Source: Octopus sinensis (lineage: Eukaryota). From it: 64,000 bases of DNA. Numbering within the stretch: position 1 is the stretch's first letter; every line of letters starts with the position of its first letter. A program made the position numbers and the translations under genes. Under the pieces are notes generated by a model. That model was not told where the DNA came from, did no database searches, and saw only the letters and a list, made by a program, of their open reading frames with translations. The stretch is from assembly GCF_006345805.1 (NCBI RefSeq), contig NC_043002.1:66836001-66900000 (forward strand), written 5' to 3'. Positions 25,525-36,750 of this stretch are shown piece by piece.

Positions 25525-25763
25525 CGCTCTTTTAAAGCCTAACCAGGCTCATGGGCCCGGTTTCCCGGTTTCTATGGCGTATGTGTTCCCCAGCTGGACG
25601 GGACGCCAGTCCATGCAGCATTACTCATTTTTGCCAGCTGAGTGGACTGGAGCAACGTGAAATGAAGTGTTTTCCTCAAGAACACAATACGTCGCCCGGT
25701 TCAGGAATCGAAACCACAATCTTACGATCATGATGCTGACACCCTAACCACTAAGCCACGCGC

Positions 25764-25767
<4 letters not shown>
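25525..25767 (-). mobile_element. SINE-C (tRNA head, V-SINE-like body)
   Basis: A box TGGCTTAGTGG, B box GGTTTCGATTCC, body ATGGACTGGCGTCCCGTCCAG...GAAACCGGG. Abuts a (CA)n/(CATA)n array. Confidence 0.75.
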
Positions 25768-25829
<62 letters not shown>

Positions 25830-27094
25830 ACATACATACATACATACATACATACATACATACATACATACATACATACATACATACATACATACATACA
25901 TACGTACATACGTACATACATACATACATATGAAATCACCCTACAAAGAATTAGTTTTAAATGTAATAAGTTTGTATGAAGCTTATCCTTCTGTTTGCTC
26001 CTAATTGTGCAACCTGGACTGGTGTATAGTGAGCCATGTTCAAGACACAAAGGAACGTACTTCCTCTTGTGGAAGTTTGTTTTATCATAGTTTCCGATTT
26101 AAGCAGTTTTAGTCGGAAACAGTATTTGACTGGTAATTCATTTTATCGACTCTGGAAGAATGCAAAGAAATGTTGGCCTTTGTGGGATTTGAACTCTGAA
26201 CATAAAGAGCCGCAAGAAATAACGCAAGGCTTTTTGGATCGACATTCGAAGACGTAAGCCCCTCTGGCCTTTGTAATCCGTGTGATTATCTTTAAAAAGA
26301 ATAGTGATTATGTAGCCACCGAGTCGGCTTTCACCGAATCGACCCTGATCCAGCAATAAGATTTGAAGAGATTAGGTTGCTATTTCTAGTTGTTCACACT
26401 ACCACTTAATGGCTTCTTCGTTGGCTCGTTTGAAGATAATAGTTTTATACACAAGAGATATTAATATTTCTTTGTGTTCAATAAAGAAGAAAGAAAAGTT
26501 TACATTTGCTTTGGTCAAAACACGTGACTCATATTCCCCACTTTCACATAAACCTAATTCATCCGACATTCTTCCATGCCACTCATTAAAGTTTGTGTCA
26601 ATCCACTTCATATCAAACGCAGCGCTTTCTTTTCCTTCTTCTTATTACATTCGTTAGAAATTGTCTTTGGCGCCATGTTATATTTGCAAAGCCTCGTTTG
26701 GACATCTTCCATTGCAATTTGTTAGAGTTTTGTAGTAGAGATTATATTTTATGTCTTACATATGATTTTAGCTCTCAGCATTAGAAAGGCATAAAAAAAC
26801 AAAAGCAAAGCACACGTACACACACACACGCATACACACGCACACACACGCACATAAAATATAAAACTGGTTCACAGTGGTTTAGTAAATTAATATATAT
26901 AAATTGTCTTTAATATGCATGCTTCCTTTACTTAGCACTTATCTCTCTCTCTCTCTGTCTCGTGGCTGTGTGGTAAGAGGTTTGCTTCCCAACCATGTAG
27001 TTATGAGATCAGTTCCACTGCGAGGTACCTTGGGTAAATGTCTTTTACTATAGTCTCAAGCGGCTCAAAGTAGACGGAGCTGAAAGAAGCTCAT

Positions 27095-27154
<60 letters not shown>

Positions 27155-27156
27155 TA

Positions 27157-27360
27157 TGACGCGTAATCACAGAGTGTGAGTTCGAATCTCATAGCCAGCG
27201 CCCGACCCTCTTTTCTGTAAAATAGGGGTAGCTTATCCTGTTCAGGCTATATTATTAGCATTATCCTGCGTTTGAGAATTTATAATCATTTTAACTTTCT
27301 AAGACATCTCAACGCTTTAAAGCAAACTTCGTTTGTTTGTTACGTTCATCGTAATTTGAA
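27157..27360 (+). mobile_element. 5'-truncated tRNA(Thr-CGT-like)-derived repeat inside (TA)n
   Basis: TGACGCGTAATCACAGAGTGTGAGTTCGAATCTCA..CCAGC gives an anticodon arm plus T arm, followed by an unrelated body. Confidence 0.5.
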
Positions 27361-27369
27361 TATATATAT

Positions 27370-27428
<59 letters not shown>

Positions 27429-28078
27429 CTAGCAAACGCACCATCCTTTGGACGGTGTCATCTATTATAATGCTGCACTCCTTTGGGCGGTTTAAGTTGA
27501 ATTAGCCCGCAGTTAGAAGTCGTTTCAGGTTGATAAGCGTAAAATGTATAATTACCAATTTTGCTAGCAGTTTATTATATGGTATTAAGCAACCTAGGTA
27601 ATGAATACATTTTTGTGAACACAAATTTGGCAGTTAGCAATAAATGAAAGTCCATGAAATGAGATCGCAATTGCAGTAGGCATTAGGGATCCTATATCTT
27701 ACCTGCAGTAAGTATTAAGGGTCCTAGATCGTTGTTGTAGTAACTGTGAATCCCTTGCAGCAGCAGTAGTTTCAACATTACGCTTCCTTCGGGCTGTTCG
27801 CTGTTGTGGAGAGTCTGTAGCCTTTACAGCTGAAGTATTTTTGGCAAGACGCGCCAATCGGGCTGTTCGCTGTTGTGGAGAGTCTGTAGCCTTTGGAGCT
27901 GAAGTATTTTTGGCAAGACGCGCCAATCGGATAGCCCGTTGTTGAGGTGATTCAGTAGCCCCAGCGTCAGCAACAGTTGCAGTATGACGGGTTCGGCGGA
28001 TCACAACCTCTTCTTCAGACTCAAAAAGACCTGTACACAGATTCAGGCACACCTTCCGTTTTATTATGTATATATAGA
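27429..28078 (-). mobile_element. non-autonomous Helitron (650 bp)
   Basis: On minus strand: A|TCTATATA 5' end, subterminal hairpin CACCGTCC-AAA-GGATGGTG, CTAG|T 3' end. Internal ORF with 69-bp (23-aa) repeats TDSPQQRTARLARLAKNTSAxKA, like Helitron N-terminal repeats. Confidence 0.85.
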
Positions 28079-28089
28079 TATATGCTTGT

Positions 28090-28710
28090 GTGTGTGTCCA
28101 CTACTGCTACGTTACAGAACGTATACACTCCGATGTTGGTGTGTTTACGTTCCGTAACTTAGCAGTTCGGCAAAATACCGATAGAATAAGTTCCAGGCTT
28201 AAAAAAAGAATAAGTGCCGGGGCCGATACATTAGACTAAAAATTCTTCAAGTTGGTGCTCCAGCATTGCTGCAGTCTAATGACTGAGAAAAGTAAAAGAT
28301 GACATATATATGGAGTGGCTGTGTGGTAAGTAGCTTGCTAACCAACCACATGGTTCCGGGTTCAGTCCCACTGCATGGCATCTTGGGCAAGTGTCTTCTG
28401 CTATAGCCCCGGGCCGACCAATGCCTTGTGAGTGTTTGGTAGACGGAAACTAAAGAAGCCTGTCGTATTATGTATATATATATATATGTATGTGTGTGTT
28501 TGTGTGTTTGTGTTTGTCCCCCTAGCATTGCTTGACAACCGATGCTGGTGTGTTTACGTCCCCGTCACTTAGCGGTTCGGCAAAAGAGACCGATAGAATA
28601 AGTACTGGGCTTACAAAGAATAAGACCCGGGGTCGATTTGGTCGACTAAAGGCGGTGCTCCAGCATGGCCGCAGTCAAATGACTGAAACAAGTAAAAGAG
28701 TAAAAAGAGT
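28090..28710 (+). mobile_element. SINE-A 3' module followed by a full SINE-A
   Basis: 28090-28300 is the 3' module; 28310-28710 is a complete copy. Confidence 0.9.
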
Positions 28711-29214
28711 ATATATATATATATATATATATATAAATTTCAGTCGTCAGTAATTGTGACTGAGGGTGCTGGATAGTACCTATATTGCAAGAAATAAGAG
28801 TTAAAACTCTTTAAACTGCAAGGAAGCACATTTTCATACACTGACAGGGGAAATAAGCGCCCTATACATCGTATAGTTGCGTAGTCAGTTGCATAGTCTG
28901 GGTGAATGGAGTAATTAACCCCCTCACCACCACTCCAGCACACTACGCAACCTGGCGACTAAAGACAGAAAAAAACAACAACAAAAGAAACTATGTGAGT
29001 GTGTATACGCACACAAAACACACATATGCATACCCAACACGTAGACACACATATAGAGATACAAACGTAAACACATGCGCAGATAGGGATACATACCACA
29101 GAAAAACAAAATAGAATAGACAGGTCAAAGCCGGAGAGAAAAAGGAAACATGAGGGACAGGAAGTCATTGAAGAAGTCACAGAATGTGTGACGAAAAGAA
29201 TAATAATAATCCTT

Positions 29215-29415
29215 TTTACTATAGGTACAAGAAATTTGGGTTGAGGGGATTAGTCGATTACATGGACCCCAGTGTTTCACTGGTACTTAATTTATCGGCC
29301 CTGAAAAGATGAAAGGCAAACTCGACCTTTGTGGAATTTGAACTCAGAATGTAACGACGTGCGAAATACCGCTAAGCATTTTGCCCGGCTTGCTAACGAT
29401 TCTGCCAGCTGGCCG

Positions 29416-29467
<52 letters not shown>

Positions 29468-29679
29468 CTTTTCTACTCTAGGCACAAGGACCGAAATTTT
29501 TGGGGAGAGGACCAGACACTTAGATCGACCTCAGTACGCAACTGGTACTTAATTTATCGACCCCGAAAGGATGAAAGGCAAAGTCGACCTCGGCGGAATT
29601 TGAACTCAGAACGTAAAGACAGACGAAATACAGGTAAGCATTTCTCCCGGCGTGCTAACGTTTCTTCCAGCTCGCCGCC

Positions 29680-29680
<1 letters not shown>
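29215..29680 (-). mobile_element. two SINE-B copies embedded in (AAT)n
   Basis: 29215-29418 and 29468-29680, separated and followed by (AAT)n runs. Confidence 0.9.
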
Positions 29681-29749
<69 letters not shown>

Positions 29750-31014
29750 TGATAATGGTGATAATGTGAAGATCAAATAAATAGTGCGTGTGCTTAATTA
29801 GTAAAAGATGACCGTCCGCAAACATAGCACTATCTATTTCAACACACGATTTCACATCAAGAATCCTGCAAAACACACACACACATATACAAGTAATACA
29901 TACGTACATAGTTAAATATAGAATGATGGATATCTCTCTCCCTCTCTCTAAACAAACACACACATGTATATATGAATACATCTATATATGCCCGCCTCAC
30001 CGTCTGTCGTTGTGTTCACTTATCTCAGTTTTTCGTCCAGAAGGTTGTAAAACTTATCCGGTAATCGTTTTGTCCGATGGCCAGTTTACTAATTTGGTCC
30101 CTTCTTTTATTTGTTCAAACTATTTATTGGTTGTTTACCACAAGCAATACATTACAATACGTACATACGCACACATACAAACGTACACACACAGGCGCGC
30201 ACACACATGTATATATATATATAGATATATATATATATATATATATATATCTATATAGTATATATATATATATTATATAATATATAATAATTATATATGT
30301 ATGTATATATATGTATATGTGTGTAGGTGTCTATGTATGGAATGAATACAATAATTATAGTTAAGAAGTAAAAACAACTTAAAAATAAACAACTAAAACC
30401 AGAGAGGAAAGGAAAAAAAAAACAAGATATAAACTTCGTAAGATTCTACAAACAATATCTTTTGAGATTATTTATTCTGTATGTTGTTTTATATGAAAGG
30501 TTTATGTCGTTTTGTCTAAGATTTTTCCAATTACGATCGTTAAAATAACTGAAAGGGAAAACAGCTTCGAAATGTATTTGGTGCGATAAGATCTACTAAG
30601 TAGTGTCATTGTTGAAAAAGTAACGCTGAAGAGTTATTTTGACAGAAGGTTCGACAAGAACGTCGGTAATAAAAAACAGTCTGTTAAAGGTCGACAACAA
30701 CAGAAACAACAACAACAAAATAACAACAAAAACGAAAAAAAAAAAGAAATCAAACAAAATAAAACAAAGCAAAAACCTCTCGATAAACCCCGTCGATCGA
30801 ATGTGAACGTCATCATCATCATCATCATCATCGTTATTGTCGTCGTTGTCGTCGACGTCATTGTCGTGGTCAACATCATCATCATCGTTGTTATCATTGC
30901 CGTCGTTGTCAGCATCACCACCATTATCATCATCATAATCATCATCAGAAGCAGCAGCACCGACAATAATTGCTGTCCCACTACTACCCATAAGGTCTTC
31001 GCTTGGAGCTACTG

Positions 31015-31071
31015 GTAACATGTAACCCAGTACAACCTGTTACATGGTCGGGTCGTTGGCGACTAAACTGG
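31015..31071 (+). ncRNA. candidate HDV-like self-cleaving ribozyme
   Basis: Helices occur in HDV order: CATGTA/TACATG, CCAGT/ACTGG, AC/GT around AACCT, GG, TCG-TTGG-CGA hairpin, CTAA. P3/L3 and the P1 end are non-canonical. Confidence 0.4.
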
Positions 31072-31374
31072 CAACCCCACCAAGATTTCTTGGTGAGGAG
31101 GGTGATTTGGACACCCAGCAGGACTAAAAACAAAACCTGTCAAAGGGCAGAGGAACTCTCTTATGAGTCAATGGCCATCCAAAATCCGGAGTGGAGCCCC
31201 TAAGGCGGTTGGATCGCGCCATGCGTGCCACCTTCCTGCAGCTCCTGCATCTTGGTCTACCCCCAGTCGTCTTGACTTTGTCTTGCCACTGGATCCGGCG
31301 CACCAGGACGAGAGAGTGAGGCTGATCCTGCGCAAGTCACCCTCACTATAATCCAATTCACGCATGTCACGACA

Positions 31375-31388
31375 TCATGACGTCATGA
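31375..31388. promoter_or_regulatory. perfect CRE (TGACGTCA) inside a 14-bp palindrome in the RTE 5' UTR
   Basis: TCATGACGTCATGA read directly. Function untested. Confidence 0.35.
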
Positions 31389-31589
31389 CACACCATCCAA
31401 AGTCCTGTGGCGATGGGGAAACGGCGAAGTAGCAGGTGAGGATACACTTGGAGCTGCAGTCGTGAACCCACACACAGGCGGCTCAGGACATGTGGTCGCC
31501 CCTCACTGAACTGAGGCAGCAGTGGAGTCCGGCAGCCTCCTGAGTGACCGAGCAGCCCTCTTCAGGATCGCTCTGCTCGCCTCCCCAGC

Positions 31590-34500
31590 ATGAGGACGGG
31601 GCTAGAAAAGGTTGCCCTAAACATAGCCTGCCTCACCTCACCCTGGTCAGCAAACCGCGGCTGGCGGGGATCCTTTCCAAGCGGTCGAAACAAAGAAAGA
31701 AGAAAACAAACAAAGGTGCTCACTTTCGCAACTTGGAACGTGAGAACTCTGCTTGACAACACCAAAGCGGACAGACCAGAGAGACGAACTGCCCTGGTGG
31801 CCAGAGAACTGAGCCGATACAATGTCGATATTGCAGCACTGAGCGAGACCCGCCTTGCGGACAAAGGCCAGCTGACAGAGACAGGCGGCGGCTACACTTT
31901 CTTTTGGAGTGGTCGCAGCAGCGAAGAGCGTCGTGAGGCTGGTGTTGGTTTTGCCATTAAGTCAGTACACGTGCGGAAACTGGAAAGCCCCCCCCCCGAG
32001 TATCAACGATCGGCTGATGAAGATGCAGCTCCCACTTGGAAACAAGACTAGTGCGACCATCATCAGTGCTTACGCCCCCACCATGACCAACCCTGAAGAA
32101 GTTAAGGACAGGTTCTATGAGGAACTCGACTCCCTCATCACGTCAGCCCAGCCTGGGAAGCTCATCCTCCTTGGGGATTTTAACGCCCGTGTCGGGACTG
32201 ACCACCAAGCCTGGCATCGCGTACTGGGAAAGCAAGGAATCGGAAAGTGCAACAGCAACGGACAGCTCCTTCTGCGTGCGTGTGCCTCTCATGATCTTAC
32301 CATCGCCAACACCTTGTTCCGTCTGCCAACACGCAACAAGACATCATGGATGCATCCACGCTCCAAACACTGGCATCTGATAGATTACGTCAGGGCGAAA
32401 GACAGGCGGGACGTGAGACTAGTCAAAGCCATGTGCGGAGCTGACTGCTGGACGGACCATCGCCTCATCATCTCCAGGATGGATTCTACATCCGACCTAA
32501 GAGAAGACCACAGGGTCAGAAAGTGACGAGGAAGCTTAACATCACGAAATTAAAGAACCAGCTGACTGCACAAGATCTCCAGTCACGTATGGACAGCAAG
32601 CTGTTGGACATTCGGAGTGACCAGTCCAGCATCGATGAGCATTGGGAATCATTCAGGGACACGGTTCATTCCATCGCCCTTGAAACTCTGGGCCAAGTTA
32701 CGAGGAACCACCAGGACTGGTTCGACGAAAACGACCAGGAAATCCAAAAGCTTCTGGAAGAGAAACGCCGTCTGCTGCGGGCTCACCAAAATGACACCAC
32801 CTGCACGGCAAAGAAGGCCGCTTTCAACAACATTCGCAGCACAGTCCAGGCTAAACTCCGCCTCATGCAAGACGCATGGTTAAGCGCCAAGGCGGATGAG
32901 ATTCAGGGATACGCAGACAAACACGACACCAAGAAATTCTACGAGGCGCTGAAAGCTGTCTATGGACCGCAGTTCTCCTTTGGATCAACCCCCCTGCTCA
33001 GCTCGGATGGAACCTCACTCTTGACTAACAAGAGGCTGATTCTGGAGAGATGGGCAGAGCATTTCAACATCGTGCTCAACCGACCAGCCCAGATCAACGA
33101 CGAAGCCATCGCACGACTCCCCCAGGTGCCGACAAACCACGAGTTGGCTGTTCCCCCTGCAGTCGAGGAAGTGAGCAGAGCCATCAAAAAAATGTCCACC
33201 GGCAAAGCTCCAGGCTCTGACGCCATCCCTGCAGAGGTGTTCAAGTCGGGCGGCCCCACCATGATCAGTCAGCTCACCAGCCTGTTCCAGTCGATGTGGG
33301 ACAGGGAACAACTCCCTCAAGATTTCCGGGACGCAACAATCGTCCACATTTATAAGCGGAAAGGAGATCGGCAGTCCTGCGACAACCACCGAGGTATCTC
33401 CCTCTTGTCCATAGCGGGCAAGATCCTGGCCCGGGTCCTGCTTGACCGCCTTCTGGAACACTTGGAGCAAGGCCTTCTCCCTGAGAGCCAGTGTGGCTTC
33501 CGCGCGGGTCGAGGGACCACTGACATGATATTCGCCGCCCACCAGCTCCAGGAGAAATGCATGGAGCAGCACCTTGACCTCTGCATGACCTTTGTTGACC
33601 TCACCAAGGGCTTTGATACAGTCAGTCGGGAGGGACTATGGAAGGTCATGGGAAAATTTGTTTGCCCCAGCAAATTTATTGCAATTGTTCGCCAGTTCCA
33701 CAACGGAATGACAGCCAGAGTCCTTGAAGACGGCAACTCATCTGAAGCCTTCCAGGTGACCAACGGAGTCAGGCAGGGCTGTGTCCTGGCCCCAACACTG
33801 TTCAGCATCATGTTCTCGGCAATGCTGTCCGACGCCTTTAGGGACTGCAAGTCCGGTATCGACATCAAGTACAGGACAGACGGGAAACTTTTCAACTCCA
33901 GAAGATTGCAGGCTGTCACAAAGGTGAGGGAGACAGTCGTCAGAGACTTTCTCTTTGCTGACGACTGCACCCTTAATGCAATCGATGAGCAGGAGATGCA
34001 GCTCGAGATGGACAGGTTCTCATCAGCCTGTTGACAACTTCGGTCTCACATCAGTGCCAAGAAAACCGAAGTGATGTTTCAGCCAGCCCCCGGCAAACAA
34101 TACCATGAGCCTCAGATAAGGGTGAACGGACGGATCCTACGAGTGGTGGAAAACTTCACCTACCTGGGCAGCACTCTCTCCTGCAATGCCAACATAGATG
34201 CTGAAACCATCAACAGAATCTCCAAGGCAAGCAGCGCGTTTGGGAGACTGCGAAAGAAAGTCTGGGAGCGGAGAGGAATCAGCCTCAACACCAAGCTGAA
34301 AGTCTACCGGGCAGTCGTGCTTACCACCCTACTATACGGCTGCGAGACGTGGACTGCTTCCGAAGGCACGAGCGCCAGATAAACCACTTCCATCTCAGGT
34401 GTCTTCGGAACCTCCTTCACATCCGCTGGCAGGACAAAGTCCCAGACACGGAAGTTCTGAAGCAGGCAGATCTCCCTAGCACCATCACAATCATGCGCAA

Positions 34501-34911
34501 GGCCCAGCTGAGATGGGCGGGCCACGTCTCCCGCATGTCCGACACTCGCATCCAAAACAGCTCTTCTACGGTGAACTCGGCCAGGGCAGGCGCAAAGTCG
34601 GAGGGCAGAAGACGCGCTACAAGGATAGTCTCAAGGTCTCTCTCAAAGACTTCTCCATCGGAACAGAGACCTGGGAGACACTTGCTGCCAACCGCTCATG
34701 CTGGCGCAGCGCAATCACCGTGGGAGCAGGGACAGCCAAGGAGGGACGGATTCGGTCAGCGGAGCAGAAACGTCAGATGCGTAAAGCCAGAGCCGCCTGC
34801 ACCAGTAGCACGGCCCCTACCCACTTCTGCCCCACCTGTGGGAGGGGCTTCCTTGCCCGGATTGGCCTCACCAGCCACCTCCGGTCTCATGGCGTCAGTT
34901 CCATCAGATGA
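31590..34911 (+). pseudogene. RTE ORF (APE endonuclease + reverse transcriptase + C2H2 finger), about 1100 aa, 6 frameshifts in this assembly
   Basis: TWNVRTL, AALSETR, SAYAPT, LLGDFNARVG, TDHRL (APE); KAPGSDAI, PESQCGFR, FVDLTKGFD, GVRQGCVLAP, LFADD (RT); CPTCGRGFLARIGLTSHLRSH. Confidence 0.95.
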
Positions 34912-35287
34912 TGTCAGTTGGTCATCTTCGAACCGAAGGACGAACATTATTATTACTACCCATAGAACCACAGTAATACTGCAGCCTCACTCGCAGCAGT
35001 AGCAGCAGTCACTACTCATGATTCATAAACATGGGTAAAGGTAGCCACGAAATCTGAACATTTTGGCCTTTACACCTAGCTGCCTCTCTCTCCTGATAAC
35101 CAAGTGCAGAAACCTAAATGTAGAGGACTTGGTGAACCGGCAGCTTATCAACAAGCACTCTCATTATAGATTGAATACCTCCTCGTTCTTATAGTGCACA
35201 GCTGGCGGAGTTGATGAGTGGTGATTGCCAACCAAAGAATCGAGCGTTCGTATACTTTTATCCACGGAGTAATTATCACGAGACATT

Positions 35288-35525
35288 AAAGGCGGCGAGC
35301 TGGCAGAAAGGTTAGCACGCCGGGCGAAATGCGCAGCAGTATTTCGTCTGCCGTTACGTTCTGAGTTCAAATTCCGCCGAGGTCGACTTTGCCTTTCATC
35401 CTTTCGGGGTCGATAAATGAAGTACCAGTTACGCACTGGGATCGATATAATCGACTTAATCCGTTTGTCTGTCCTTGTTTGTCTCCTCTGTGTTTAGCCC
35501 CTTGTGGGCAGTAAAGAAATAGGTA
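35288..35525 (+). mobile_element. SINE-B monomer with tail-1 and 18-bp TSD
   Basis: TSD TAATTAT(C/G)ACGAGACATT at 35270-35287 and 35526-35543. Confidence 0.92.
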
Positions 35526-35943
35526 TAATTATGACGAGACATTTTCATTTAATCGATACAGTACATCTGGTAAATGCAATTTCTCGGGTTATTATGCGTG
35601 AGTCAACTTCATTTATGGCTCTCAATTAATCGTCTGCGATCTTTCTCTTTTTTGAGGATCTCGTTTCGATTACGAAATCTATGATGTCAATATTGAACTG
35701 TATGCTCATTGGTTGAAATCTGGGACCAGATTCTTGGCCTATATTGCAATCAGTTTCCAGTGCTTTGCATTTCATTTTGGTCTCGTAAAGTAAAATCCTT
35801 CGAATTTAATTTTTTTGTCCATTTTCCCTTTGACAATCTGAAAGAAAGTAAAAACATAAGAGAGAAATCAAAACTTTTGACATAATCGAGTATAACGCAA
35901 TCTGCGCTTCAAAATAGTATATTACATGAAAATAGTTAAATAA

Positions 35944-36620
35944 TGGCGCAGGAGTGGCTGTGTGGTAGGTAGCTTGCTTACCAACCACATGGTTCCGGGT
36001 TCAGTCCCACAGCGTGGCACCTTGGACAGGTGTCTTCTGTAGCCTCGAGCCGACCAAAGCCTTGTGAGTGGATTTGGTAAACGAAAACTGAGAGAAGCAC
36101 TTCGTATATATATGTGTGTGTCTGTGTCTGTGTTTGTCCCCCCAACATTGCTTGACAACCGATGCTGGTGTGTTTACGTCCTCGTAACTTAGCGGCTCGG
36201 CAAAAGAGACCGATAGAATAAGTACTAGACTTACAAAGAATAAATCCTGGGGTCAATTTGCTCGACTAAAGGTGGTGCTCCAGCATGGCCGCAGTCAAAT
36301 GACTGAAACAAGTGACAGAGTAAAAGAGAGAGTAAATGTTTATTCCAAAATTTAAAAGTAACAAAAAAAAATCACAATTAATTTCTGAACCAATCTTTCT
36401 TTTCTTCTTTCATTTTCTTTTACTTGTAACAGTCATTGGACCGTGGTTATGCCGGATCACCCCCTTCAGGGGTTTTGGTCGACCAGATCGACCCCAGTAC
36501 TTATATTTTATATTTCAGGTACTTATTGTAGCCGTCTCTTTTGTGGAACCACTAAACCAAGGAGACGTAAACAATCCAACGGTTGTCAAGCGGGAAAGGG
36601 GACAACACAATCATAAAGAT
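35944..36620. mobile_element. SINE-A full copy (+, 35944-36332) and 3' module (-, 36410-36620)
   Basis: Consensus matches. Confidence 0.88.
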
Positions 36621-36629
36621 GCCCCCACC

Positions 36630-36678
<49 letters not shown>

Positions 36679-36750
36679 TGTATATGTATGTATATATATA
36701 TATGTATGTATATATATATGTATGTATATATATATGTATGTATATATATA

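Larger units (their letters stand above)
30993..34953 (+). mobile_element. full-length RTE (BovB-like) LINE with 11-bp TSD
   Basis: TSD TACTACCCATA at 30982-30992 and 34954-34964. About 600-bp 5' UTR, single APE-RT ORF, (ATT)n tail. Confidence 0.95.

Noticed and set aside
26399-26784. Protein-like frames on both strands (KWIDTNFNEWHG..., CYICKASFGH...)
   Set aside because: No consistent acceptor/donor pair and no recognisable domain.
29990-30150. VIVLSDG (VWA-like) motif
   Set aside because: Seven-residue match without supporting splice sites or flanking domain sequence.
30596-31021. Asp-rich / hydrophobic ORF
   Set aside because: Trinucleotide low-complexity tract whose start codon lies inside the RTE 5' end.
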